64,000 nucleotides of DNA, from positions 24,056,001-24,120,000 of the forward strand of contig JBNRSN020000034.1 of assembly GCA_051313645.2 (NCBI GenBank). Direction: 5' to 3'. This document shows positions 12,701 to 25,309 of the stretch, piece after piece. This DNA comes from Centroscyllium fabricii. Lineage: Eukaryota. A program made the translations under genes and the position numbers. How positions within the stretch are numbered: the first letter of the stretch is position 1; each line of letters opens with the position of its first letter. Under the pieces are notes generated by a model. The model was not told the DNA's origin. It searched no databases and saw only the letters and a list, made by a program, of their open reading frames with translations.

Positions 12701-13710
12701 ACTGACCCAACCCCCCCCCGCACCCTAGTAAACCCACTGACCCAACCCCGCCCGCACCCCAGTAAACACATCGACTCAACCCCCCTGCACCCCAGGAACC
12801 CACCAAAACAACCCCCCCAGTAAACCCACTGACCCAACGCCCCCGCACCCCAGTAAACCCACTGAAACAACCCCCCCAGTAAACCTACCGAAACAACCCC
12901 CCCAGTAAACCCACCGACCCAACGCCCCCACACCCCAGTAAACCCACTGACCCAACCCCCCCGCACCCCATAAACCCACGGACCCAACCCCCCTGTACCC
13001 CAGTAAAGTCACTGACCCAAACCCCCCCAGTAAACCCACCGACCCAACACCCCCACACCCCAGTAAACCCACCGACCCAACACCCCCCGCACCCCAGTAA
13101 GCCCACCGACTAAACCACCCCTGCACCCCAGTAAACCCACCAAAACAACCCCCACTGCACCCCAAAAAACCACCGCCCCAACCCCCCCACAGCCCAGTAA
13201 ACCCACCAACCAAACCCGCCCGCACCCCAATAAACCCACCGACCAATCCCCCCAGTAAACCCACCAACCCAACCCCCCTGCACCCCAGTAAACCCACCGA
13301 TCAAACCCCCCCAGTAAACCCAACAACCCAACCCCCCCGCACCCCAGTAAACCCACTGACTCAACCCCCCCAGTAAACCCACCAACCAAAACCCCCCCGC
13401 ACCCCAGTAAACCCACTGACCCAACCCCCCCACACCCCAGTAAATCCACTGACCCAAACCCCCCGCACCCCAGTAAACCCACCAACCCAATGGTCCCCCT
13501 CACCCCAATAAATTCACTGACCCAACCCTCCCTGCACCCCAACAAACCCACTGATCCAACCCCCCCTGCACCCCAGTAAACCCACCGAAACAACCACCCC
13601 GCACCCCAGTAAACCCAACGACCCATCCACCCCTGCACCCCAGTAAATCCACTGACCCAACCACCCCCGCACCCCAGAATCCCACCGCCCCAACCCCCCT
13701 GCACCCCAGT
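9760..13710. repeat. About 4-kb C-rich minisatellite (unit about 27-35 bp, CCCCGCACCCCAGTAAACCCACCGACCCAA)
   Basis: Over 100 variant units. The Gly/Val/Trp-rich ORFs are artefacts. Confidence 0.97.
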
Positions 13711-14700
13711 TATGTCATGTCACGACACACGTGCATCACTATTCTGCGCGCTGTCCAAAACTGCCACGGTCAAGTTAACACTCGCACTTGATCTGGGGTC
13801 ACCCTGTAACGCAATCGGTTTAGAGGAGGATGAACGGTCGGTTATGCGGCAGACTTGAGCTGTTAGCTGGCTCGCCCGAGTTACAGGCTGCGATGTAAAC
13901 GCAGCGGGAGGATATCCTCACATGGGCTGCCAGCGCCCCAGCAAGAGCTTCATCTAAATTCTTAAAAGAAAAGCTAGGGACTCTTGAAATAATAAAAGTC
14001 ACTGTCTTATCTTCACTACTGTGGCTCACTCCAGCCCATTTGGATGAAAGTCATTCTGATGAAATCCATCTATTATTAAGATGTGCTCCAGTACATATTA
14101 TTTAAAACTGGGCTCTTTTTAAGTGTTAAACATCAGTAAATAGCTGGTGCTCACGGTGCCATTTAATGAATCTGACCTTTCTCTGGGGATTTCAAGAACC
14201 CAAGTGAAAAACAGCATTGTTTGGAAGACATTTAGCTGAACACCTATTGGTCCAGTTCGCAGTGTTTAAGGTCCCGTGATCTGACAGAAGTTGGTGGTCC
14301 TCTTTGCTCTCTCTCTCTGTTTGGGTTTGAAGTCTTGTGTCGTAATGGCAGGTCCCTTTATAAGCAAATGAAAGCTCGTTTTCCTCCCTGTAGCATTTTG
14401 TGGCTTTTTTTTCTTGCAGTCAGTCACATTTCTCATCAAAGCCCAGCGGGACTCTTCCAGCCCGCCGCTGGGCACTGACGGGGCCTCCCTCACAAACCTG
14501 TCTAATCCACGCAAATCAGATTAGGCTAATTTTCCAGGAGCAAGTGCCAGCAAGCCACACCTCACACTTGCCAAGAGCTTGGCAACAAGATGATGCACAT
14601 ACAGTACACACACACAAACACACACTGCAGGATAAACCAACTTCATTTCCATTTGGGTGATAGCTTCTGTACCGCAACTCCATCGACTAATTGGTTCGAA

Positions 14701-16014
14701 GGGGAAGAAGTTCATTATAGCCCCGTTTGGGGATCTAACTTTTAAAAGTTGAAAAAATTAGCTTTCAACTTTAAAAAAAATCGATTTTTGCACTCCAGGA
14801 AGGAAGTGGAATGCTGAATCAAGCGTTCCACTTCCTTCCTGGAGCACACCAGGCAGCAGGCGGGGCAATAGGTGTGCAGTGCTGCCGCATTGGAAGGCTC
14901 TTTCCCTCCCTTAAAGGGAAGGGCCATCGCTGCATGCTCTGCAAGGGGAAAACTTATGCCCCAGTTTCACTGGAGGCTAAGAATGTCAAGAATATCAAGA
15001 ATCGTCAAGAATCGAAATTCTTGGCGATTCTGCAAAAAATGCGAAAATTCTTGGTTGATTCTTGGCGATTCTTGGTGAATTCTTGCCGATTCTGGACAAG
15101 GTTAAGAATCTATCACGAATTATTGTAGGAATGAGGTACGAATCACTCACGAATATGAAGAATTAATTTACGAATCCACTACGACCTCCACGATTAAGTT
15201 ACGAATTCTACGAATTAGCTACGAATTATCTACGAATTGCATTCGTAGTGCATTCGTAGTGCATTCGTGGACATTCGTGGATATTCGTGGGCATTCGTGA
15301 TGAATTCGGCGTTTTTCCACGAATTTGAGAAAATCAAGAATGCCCAAGAATAGGCAAGAATGCACTACGAATCCACTACGAATCAGTTACGAACGGTAAG
15401 AAAGGGTCACGAACGGTAAGAATGGGTCACGAATTGTTTAGGAATCTATCACGAATTGGACATTCGTGAACCCTCCCACGAAATTTTTTGACAAACAAAA
15501 ACTTTCTTGAAAACTCAAAGAAATCCCGCGATCTTCCGCGAACTCTACGAATCCGCTACGAATCCACTACGAATCCACTACGAATCAACCACGAATTGCA
15601 AGAATGACCCACGAATCGGGCAAATTTCACAATCGGCACGATTCGGCAATTCGTAGCCTCCAGTGAAACTGGGGCATTACCTGGACCCTGACGGCAGCCG
15701 CAATCCAGCCCGATCACTGCAGCAGAGTGCCAGGCTGATCAATCGCTGGGTGGGGAAAAAAAAGCAGGGAACGAGCATTTCAGTATTTTTTTCCTACCTC
15801 GGCCACCTCGCCTTTAAGTATTGCCCCTGAAGCGCCCGGCCTCCCGATGAACGCCTCCTGCAGCTGCCGGTGTTTTTCGCCCGGCGATGCTGCAGGGGGC
15901 GGATCCTAAGTTCGGGTCCGGGGCACTGCTGGTTAGCACCACCGCAAACGTCCGCATGGTTAGTGCCCCATTATCGCCCCCCTGGAGGCGCTAACCAGAT
16001 GAATTTCTAGATCC
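14701..16014. mobile_element. Harbinger-like non-autonomous element hosting a younger MITE
   Basis: Degenerate termini GGGGAAGAAGTTCAT / ATGAATTTCTAGATCC; GC-rich interior. Confidence 0.5.
14957..15676. mobile_element. Harbinger MITE with ACGAAT-rich interior and TTA TSD
   Basis: Perfect 23-bp TIR TGCCCCAGTTTCACTGGAGGCTA; TTA at 14954-14956 and 15677-15679. Confidence 0.93.
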
Positions 16015-16177
16015 TTTAATACCCTAACCCAACAAAAATTAATCAATCGCAGTTTTGACATTTTCAATTGACCTATCCTTAACAGTTTTTTGGGGGAAGA
16101 GAATTCTAGATTTGCACTACCCTTTAAGTGAAGGGGTACTTCCTGACTACACCCCTGAATAGCCAAGCTCAAACTAA

Positions 16178-16843
16178 TGCCCCGCTTTCACTGAGGGCTA
16201 CGAATTCCCGAATATCCCGAATCGAAATTCGTGGCGATTCGGCAAAAAATGTGAAAATTCGTGGTTGATTCGGGAGGAGCTACGAATCCACCACGAATTG
16301 ATTACGAATTATTCGTGCTGAATGTCAAGAATGGTTTAAGAAACAAGTACGAATTCAAAGAATCAGGTAAGAATTTAACGAACTCACTTACGAATGTGCC
16401 GAATTACTGTACGAATCCACTACGACCGATTCGTACTTGATTCGTACCTGATTCGTGGACATTCGTGCCTGTTTCGTGATGTATTCGGCGTGGGTCCACG
16501 AATTTGAGGGAGTCACGAATGCCCAAGAATAGGCCAGAATGCAGAAGAAGCGATTAAGAAACGGTTAAGAAGGATAAGAAAGGGTTAAGAACGATAAGAA
16601 ACGTTCACGAATTGTTTAGGAATCTATCACGAATTGGACATTCGTTAACCCTCCCACGAAAGTTTTTGACAAGCAAAAACTTTCGTGAAAAATTAACGAA
16701 ATCACGCGAACTTACGCGAACTCTACGAATCAACCACGAATCAACCACGAATCGTTTACGAATTGCAAGAATTACCTACGAATCGGACAAATTTCAGATT
16801 CGGCACCAATCGGGATTTCGTAGCCTCCAGTGAAAGCGGGGCT
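16178..16843. mobile_element. Related Harbinger MITE, diverged subfamily
   Basis: TIR GCCCCGCTTTCACTG; same ACGAAT motif array; flanks TAA / TCA. Confidence 0.88.
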
Positions 16844-16846
16844 TCA

Positions 16847-17135
16847 GGGCTCTAAATATAAGATTGTCACTAATAAATTCAATAGGGAATTCAGGAGAAA
16901 CGTCCTTACCCAGTGAATGGTGAGAATGTGGAGCTCGCTACCACAGGGAGTGGTTGAGGTGAATAGCATATTTAGATTTAAGGGGAAGCTAGATGAGTGC
17001 ATGAGGGAGAAAGGGATATAAGGATATGCTGATAGGGTGAGATGAAGAGTGGTGGGAGGAGGCTCGTGTGGAGCATAGACATCAGCATGAACCTGTTGAG
17101 CCGCACTGCCGGCTTCTGCGCTGTAAACTCTGTGT
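16847..17135 (+). mobile_element. CR1 LINE 3' fragment
   Basis: AGGGAATTCAGGAGAAAC...GTGAGAATGTGG...AAGGATATG, the CR1 ORF2 end. Confidence 0.7.
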
Positions 17136-17214
17136 GATATAATTTTAAAGTCATGCCTCCTTGTTCTGGATTCCCCCCACCAGAGGAAATATCTCTATCT
17201 ACCCTGTTAACTCA

Positions 17215-17505
17215 CAGAAACACAGAAGATAGGAGCAGGAGTAGGCCATTCGGCCCTTCGAGCCTGCTCCGCCATTTTGATGAGATCATGGCTGATCATC
17301 CAAACCCAGCACCCCCCTCCTACCCTCTCCCCATATCCCCCGACACCCCCAACTCTAAGAACTATATCTCACACACATACTCATGGGCAATTTTTAGTAT
17401 CTCCAATTCACCTAACCTGCATGTCTTTGGGTGGTGGGAGGAAACCGGATTACCCGGAGGAAACCCACACAAACACGGGGAGAACATGCAAACTCCACAC
17501 AGAGA
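17215..17505 (-). mobile_element. V-SINE/HE1-like SINE fragment with CR1-type tail
   Basis: Minus strand TGTGTGGAGTTTGCATGTTCTCCCCGTG...GGGTTTCCTCCGGG V-domain; tail shared with CR1 3' ends. Confidence 0.75.
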
Positions 17506-17956
17506 GGTCCCGGTCCTTTAATCATCTTAAAACACCTCGATTCTGCATATTAGAATTCCAGCCCTCCAGGAATGAAAGATTAATCTCCCAAACACTGCTG
17601 CAAGCAACCCGGCAGAAAGGCTATAGGGGCATTCAAAAAAATGGTGTTTCCTTTTTTAAATTTTCTTTGAAGACTTTTGTTTATTAATTATAAAAATATT
17701 GGAGATGGGGGAAAAGGCTGTTTGACTGGGCGGAGTGGTTGGGGGTCATGTAACAACAACCTCCAGGAGTACGCCCAACCATAGTTGCCGACCCTATATA
17801 TACACTCTTCTAACACCAACGTGGTCCCAAGTTATTCTCCTTCAACCCCATTCCCTCCAGAAGGCAATAACTCACGCTCAAACAATGTGTTGGCAGGCTA
17901 TTTAGCTATAGAGAGCATCACTGTCAAGCTCGAGACTATTCTCACCTCGATACATA

Positions 17957-18223
17957 ATGTGGAGGTGCCGGTGTTGGACTGGGGTGGACAAATGCAAGAA
18001 GTCACACAACACCAGATTATAGTCCAACAGTTTTATTTTAAATCACAAGCTTTCGGAGCTTCTGCCCCTTCGTCGGGTGAAAGAGAGACTTTTGTTTATT
18101 AATTATAAAAATATAATTCTCTCTTTCACCTGACGAAGGGGCAGAAGCTCCGAAAGCTTGCGATTTAAAATAAAACTGTTGGACTATAATCTGGTGTTGT
18201 GTGACTTCTTGCATTTGTCCACC
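17957..18223. mobile_element. Penelope-derived inverted-repeat insertion with hammerhead ribozyme cores
   Basis: Two inverted arms; TCAC-CTGACGA-A-GGGGC-AGAA-GCTCC-GAAA-GCTT-GCGA at about 18127-18163. Confidence 0.75.
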
Positions 18224-20394
18224 TTGATACACACACACGCGCGCTATCCAGTCAGAGTCAGTGGATAAGGAGGACAATCAGAAAGCCGGCTGATTTTGCC
18301 TGATAGTCCAGGGCTACAGGAGCTTACTGCATTCTGTTCACCCCCACCCAAGATCGGCTATCTCAGCACAGCCCAGGGCTCAAACCTGGGCCGTTCCTCT
18401 TCTGTAAGGCTTGACACTGTACCACAAGATGCATTTGCGCTTTGAGCCATCAGAGCACCTGACAGGTCCATTTCTCAGTGTAAAATGGCTCCTACCTATG
18501 TATGTATTCTAGCCTCATCATTCCACCACTGGTGACCGTGCCTTCAGCTGCCTAGGCCCTAATCTCTGAAATTCCCTCCCTAAACCATTCTGCCTCTCTA
18601 CCTCTCTCTCCTCCTTTAAGACGCTCCATAAAATCTACCTCATTGACCAAGCTTTTGGTGATCTGTCCTAAATATCTCCTTTTGTGGCTCGGTGTCAATT
18701 TTGTCTGATAACGCTCCTGTGAAGCAACTTGGGACATTTAACGTCATTAAAAGTGTTATATTAAAATGAACATTGTTGTTGTGTAAAGACTTCTGTCATT
18801 TCACACGGTACCTGTTTATTGTACACAAAAAGTCTCTTTTTTTTTTACTTGATTTATCTTGTTGCTGCCAATCTTGTTTACACTCTCCCTAAATGATGCC
18901 AGCCCCTCAAGCTGCCGACTTACTAAACTCCCACATTACCATCAACATTGGTACGAATCTGTCACAACCGGGAACACTTAGCGTCTCATGCTAACAGCTC
19001 CGTGCAACACCACTAAGATAACACGGAAACAAGCGACAACACAACAGCCACAAGATCCCAGCCTTATTTCCAGCTGCTGTATCACTGTGCTGGCGTGGCC
19101 AGTTCCTGAAGCCTCTGCCATGCGCAAACCAACTGCTAGCCAAAAAACGGCCGGGATTCCCTAAGACTGGCGGCCTGATCTCTGAAATCCCAAAGGAGAG
19201 GGTGAGGGAGGGGAGGGGAGGGGAGGGTGAGGGTGAGGGAGGGGAGGGGAGGAGGGGGGGCGTTGTGTGGCCTCGAACAGAAGCCATCTGGAATAAAGAG
19301 CAAATTCCGCCTGCCCCTTGCCTGTGATCCTGACCTATCTGGGATGGGGGTGGGGGGGGGTCATTGAAAAGCTTCGGATGGGCAGCCAGCTGAGGGGAGG
19401 TCTAAGGGTTTCGCGGGTCCGCGGGTACTGGGCTGAAAGGCAAAACACTTTAAGAGGAGCACCTTCATTTCTTCTGCCGGTTTCTGCGATCGATTGCATA
19501 TTGGAAACCATCCTTCCAATCTGACACCTCCCTGCCAGGGCCCCCAGGAACTCGTAGGCCCCCCTGGTGCCCAGTGTCACTAAAGGCACATCTTAAGATA
19601 TCTAGCTCCAACCGCCCCCACCCCCCACTTTGCTATACCTGGGATCCAGTATTTCAGTTATTCTTTCCCCTTTTCTTCGTGAGCCTCCTCCCTCCCTCCC
19701 TGCCCTCAATCACACGCCGATGCCCCTCAGCCAAGCTATTTGCTCCCAGCCACGAGTCAAGATGTCGCTGAATCTCACAGCTGGCCATGGTTGAAATGCC
19801 TCCCACCTTAAGTTTCATTCTCAGTGGGAAGGGAAATTTATCCCCCTCTGCCACCTCCCACCCCCCCCAAACTCCCCCCCCCCCCCAAACTCCCACCTCC
19901 CCGATAAAGCAAGAACGTTCACATTAATGCTATGAGATAGTCTTAGAGATATTCACTTTCCCCAGTGCAGCCTACCGAGCTGTGCTCTGTAAACTGATGA
20001 GGTTCTGAGGTGAAGAGTTTAGTCAGCCCTGGTGAAGCCGTTCCTGTTTAGAGCGCATTTCAGTTGCGCAACTTTATTGTTTTCCTGTTATTATTTTCCC
20101 TTCTGCCTGAACTCGTGCAGAGGATTGAATGTTATTTCCAATGGCTCTGCTCTCTGGGAATAATAAGGGCTGTAGCCAATGCTGGCCATTCAGGGGAATG
20201 AGAGAGTAACAGGTGCTGGGGGCACTGTGTGAATTGGGCCTGCAATTAGAGAGCAGATTCATCCAGTGGGTAATAAAGCACATTTTATACTTTCATTCAT
20301 TGCCTTCAGCAGGAATCATTTTCTTCCCCCCCCCCCCCCCAATCAAAATGCCAAATATTGGAAGGGGAGATTTTTTAAATTACAGATGGAGGAA

Positions 20395-20800
20395 TTTTCT
20401 GAATTACACCTTTACTTTCGTGCTGGGCCGTCCTCTCCCGCAGGGGCTGACTTCCTTACTGGGAGCACCACTGGGGAGAACTCCAATGTTCTTTGAAACA
20501 TTGCCATGGGACCTTTGACGTCCACCAAGGGTCCCAGACCTGAAACGTTAATTCTGTTTCTCTCTCCACGGATGCTGCCTGGCCTGCTGAGTATTTCCAG
20601 CATTTTCTGTTGTTATTAGGGCAGATGGGGCCCTCGGTTTAATGTCTCATCTGAAAGGCGGCACCTCTGACAGTGCAGCACTGCGCTGGGAGTGTCAGCC
20701 GAGGTGATGTGCTCAAGTTTCACGGAGTGGGGCAACCCACGACCTTTGGACTCAGAGGGCGAGAGTCCTTCCCACTGTAGCGTCAGCCTAGATTACGTGC
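20395..20800 (-). mobile_element. SacSINE1/DeuSINE-like fragment containing a short Penelope-type tail (about 20526-20617)
   Basis: Reverse complement of the SINE core; insert GAAACGTTAATTCTGTTTCTCTCTCCACGGATGCTGCC...GCTGAGTATTTCCAGCA. Confidence 0.6.
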
Positions 20801-21538
20801 TCACGTGGTTGAAACGCATCGTGAATGGTTGCCGTCCGCTGAATGACTTTGTGGTCATTTGGCGCTCACGGCCCAGACTCACCGATGGAGCGCGGCTATT
20901 TGGGCACTGGAGGGGCTGCCGGCGCCCATGGAACTATTTGTCAGCAAGGAGCCGGCGTACTTGGGGACAATAGGGGAGGAAGATGAAAAGAAAAATAATG
21001 TAATAAAAAAAATCATGATTCCACCATGTCAGACGGAAGAAAGTTTGAAGTAAAACAAAAAGGCACAAAAGCAGGACGTTGCTTTTTATAATGTTCCCTA
21101 TTAGCTAGTGATTAAAATACATCACAAGTGCTTCAGTATTGATGTGAATTATTTTACCAATTAATGGGCATTTTCCTCCTCATTATCGCTAAATTAAAAC
21201 ACACTACGGTCCCGACTCGCAGAGATATGCTGACACGTTATTTTCTAACATTTCTCCAACGGTGGTCGCTTATCTCCCCTCCCCATATAGATTTTCACAA
21301 ATGACAAATTTGCAGAAAGATTGCTGAATAATTGCAGGAAAATAACCTTTTTATTAGCCGATCAGCAAATTCTTGTGCTTAGAATCCAATTGTAGCAAAT
21401 TGTCATTAGGTCCATATTTAAAAAAAAACACTGCAGATGCAAAGACAAAATGTTTACTGTGGGGAATAAGACTCTTTCCTCGCCCTTCCTCCCCCGAAGG
21501 CAAACTGATCTCTCCGAAGGCGGACTGAGTTAACACTA

Positions 21539-21774
21539 ATGTGGAGGTGCCGGTGTTGGACTGGGGTGGACAAATGCAAAAAGTCACACAACACCAGATT
21601 TATAGTCCAACGGTTTTATTTTAAATCACAAGCTTTCGGAGCGTCTGCCCCTTCATCAGGTGTGATCTTTGAGTTCAGTCTCTCTTTGCTCACCTGACGA
21701 AGGGGCAGACGCTCCGAATGCTTGTGATTTAAACTAAAACCGTTGGACTATAAATCTGGTGTTGTGTGACTTTT
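21539..21774. mobile_element. Penelope-derived palindromic insertion, 13-bp TSD
   Basis: Same arms as at 17957; TGAGTTAACACTA at 21526-21538 and 21775-21787. Confidence 0.8.
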
Positions 21775-23989
21775 TGAGTTAACACTAGGAAAGGCACTGT
21801 TTGGGTCTGTTCCTGACCTGCTCGGCAGCCAAGACACACCGAACGCTAAATATGAGAGACACATGGTACAATCAGTTCAGCTTCTGTTGGTGTACTGCTA
21901 CAAAAATAAGGAAATGGGTACACTGGCCCACTTGGGGGATTGTTGCTTAATGCAGAAAGCCCAACTTGCTCTGTTGCTGTTGATAGTGCAGTGGGATCAG
22001 TGCCACAGGCCTCAGCAACAGAAAAGCAACTGCATACTTTTACAATTCCGTTTTTGACCACAATGTTTTCTGCACTAACCCTGAAAGGTCATTAATGAGG
22101 CAGCAATCTGGAAACCACATTAATTCATCCTCAATGGGAGCCAATTTATGCTGGTACCCCCAAGCCCATACTCAATCTTTGAACAAGAATCCAGTTCACA
22201 GCATCGCTCATAGTCCCTTGCTCTTGATGTTAGCCCAATGGCGTCACGATGCTGTGCAACTTTGCACTGGGTACTGGAGCTGCAGCAGGCCGGAGTTATA
22301 CTGGCAATATGGTTTGTGTGCCTGGTGCGAAGTCCCTAGCCACTGTGGGTTTCTGTTTCAATTTGGAGTCAGGTTTATACAACAACAATAACTTGCATTA
22401 ATATAGTAAAATGTCCCAAGGCACTTCAACAGGAGTGATATCAAACAACATTTGACACCGATCCACATCAGGCGATATTAAGACCTGTGACCAAAAGCTT
22501 GGTCAAAGAGGTAGGGTTTAAGGAGTGCCTTCCAGGAAGAGAGGCGGAGAGGTTTAGGGAGGGAATTCCAGAGCTTAGGGCCTTGGCAGCTGAAGGCACG
22601 ACCACCAATGGTTGAACAATGAGAATCATGGATGCGTAAGAGACCAGAATTGGAGGAGCGCAGATATCTCGGAGGGTTGTGGGGCTGGAGGAGGTCACAG
22701 TGATTGAGAGGGGTGAAGCCATGGAGAAATTTGAAAACAAGGATGAGAATTTTTAAAATAATTTTGTACTCTTACTTTAGCATTTGCTATAACACTATAG
22801 TTGGGAGTATAAATGCAGCCTTAGACACAAGGCCCCATCTCTGAGGCATGGAAAGTCCCAGCTTCAATCCTGGGCCTGCATTAAGATAGCTGACCTCACA
22901 TCCAGGACGGCCTCAGGAGGCAACAGTGCTCCCTCAATTCCATTCCAGTACCAATGGAGAGAGAACATTAACTACAATAAAGATGCTTTTACAGTAAGCT
23001 TAGAGAGCTGGCACGAGTGCCAACTTTAACATAAATTTCCAGCTTCCGCTAAGACGCAGCCACTGGGAAGATTGTGTTCATAAAAAAGTGGGTCTTCCCA
23101 GTGGCTGGTCTTAGTTGCATTGGGGTTGCTGCTGGGTGAGTGAGTCGAGAAGCGAGTACCTGTACAAGCACCTTTAAGCAGCTTGAAATGGTAGAAAGTT
23201 ACTCTCCCACCTACCTACATTGTGTCATATATCTCCAAATATATTGACATTGTGTTTTATTAGTTCAAAGCTGCATGAATAATGAAACAACCCCCTTTGC
23301 TCTTTGTATTATATGTTCCCTGTGTTGGCTTCTCTCTGGGTTCAAAGGGGAGACTATAAGTAGTACAGAGAGAGAGTCTTCTTGTACCAATTATACTGGC
23401 CCAAGGGCAGTATGCTAATGAGGAAATAAATCGTATGAAACACTAAAATCACTGTCATCACTGGGTTTTAATATGGTAATTTGTACTTTAATGGAGTTCA
23501 AACACCCTAACTCACAGCAAATAGGGTAAATAAAATTCATATAGGTCTCTTTTTTTTGGAATGCAGGACAACTTGACAGTTGAGAGACATGGAAAATGAG
23601 ACAAGGTGGCAGCTCATACACCAAGAGTCCTTTCAAAGCTGCCTATACAGTTCAGCCTTAATAATTACTTAGCAGGACAGACAAATCCCACCGGTCCCTC
23701 TCAAGAATGTTTTGCTTTATACCACTTCACCAACAAAACTTGCACATCTCCCCTGTAAGGTGGGACATACATTAGAGTCATCTTAAATAAAACAGCAACA
23801 GGCCTTTGCTTAACCTTTGTCAAAACCAAGAGAGAGAGAGAGACAAAAAAGTTCTATTTAAAGGGCTGTCTTTAAGTTCAGCCCTGCTGCCTGCCTGACA
23901 GACTGGAACATGGTACATCTCCCAGGCATTTGCCGGCAGCGATTGTTTTCACTTGTTGTCCCGCTTTGCATTCTGATTTTCTCTTCTTT

Positions 23990-24370
23990 ACTTTGCTCCT
24001 CCTGAAGTCATGGGGCTCATCCAGGGGTACAGTTCCATTGGCATTGCTAGCTCTATGGCCCCTCTCCCAACAGTCCATTCTTCTTCACCTGTCAGACTGG
24101 ACATCGAGTCTTGAAAGGCTATTTGGTCATGTGGGGGCGAGCTTGGGGGGGAGGATCACTGCTCAGACAAATGCTGTTCTCAATTGATGTCTATTATGTG
24201 TGAACATTTCAGCAGGGGTCACTGTGTCGCGAGCAGGAGCAGGAATCCTGGCAGATTCCTCCTCTCCCAAACCCAGTCACGTTGAGGTCAATGGAAGCCA
24301 GTTGTTCCAGTTGAAATCAACTAATTCAGCGCAGGTTAGGGATTGAACCTGGAGACCTTTTGGATCACTA
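23990..24370 (-). mobile_element. LF-SINE-like element
   Basis: Minus strand AGGTCTCCAGGTTCAATCCC...GCTGAATTAGTTGATTTCA...GAAGAATGG...GGAACTGTACCCC. Confidence 0.65.
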
Positions 24371-25309
24371 ACATCTTTAGTCACTAAAGGGCACCTCTGC
24401 GCAGAATCTTACAGCACAGAAGGAGGCCAATTGGCCCACCATGCCTGTGCTGGCTCTTTGAAAGAACTCTCCGATTAGTCCCACTCCCCTGCTCTTTCCC
24501 CACAGCCCTTGTAGATTTTTCCTTTTCACGTATTTATCCAATTTCCTTTTTGAAAATTAACTTGTGTTTCTGTAGCCAGCATTGCAGGAGAATGATGCCC
24601 ATGCACTGGCTCCCCATGTATGTGTTGGTAAAACTGGCTCCCTTATCCAAACGGCTTAATCCACAGTCATGGAAAGCATGAATTGTAAAAGTACCTGAAC
24701 CACACCCCCACACACAGCAGACCCCTAGTCAGTGTCTCTTTAAATAAATAAGGCGGCTCACATTTCCATTAGGCAGGGTTATGATTTCAAATGCAGCAGA
24801 ACAGTAATCCTGCCAGACTTGCACAGGCTTATTAGTATTCTCAAACAGTGGTGTGTAAAATAAATAATCTCACCGATTCAAGTAAACAAGAATTCAATAT
24901 TCTGTTCAAAATGAAAAAAAGAGAGATAGAACCAAAAAACTGAATGCCCAGATCCTATGCAAATACTGCTCCATAAATGTCTGGGAGCCTCACAAAAATT
25001 CATGCACTCACTCGCCCTCCCACAATAGAGCTGCAGTCACCTAGTATTTACTTCTATTAATATTCACAGTTTGGCAGCTAAAAGCTGCTGGGAATGTGGC
25101 AGGGATGGGGCAAGCTACTGAGAGAGGTCCAGGCAATAAAAAGAGGGAACTATTCAACACAATCCTCAATGCGCAAGCAATTTATAACACATTCGCAAGA
25201 TGGATGCCTGCCTTTGGGTCGGATTAGCGTCTCCACACCACGTAAAAGGGGCTGCCTTCCCTCCTCATACTGGGGTAAAGAGCCAGGGTGTCAGTGATCC
25301 CATGGTATC

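Noticed and set aside
9686-13704. Many Gly/Trp/Val-rich ORFs resembling structural proteins
   Set aside because: Translations of the minisatellite in several frames.
23989-24104. Minus-strand peptide containing LYPWM, like a Hox hexapeptide
   Set aside because: It lies in the 3' part of an LF-SINE-like copy (GGAACTGTACCCC), is followed by a stop, and no homeobox is seen.
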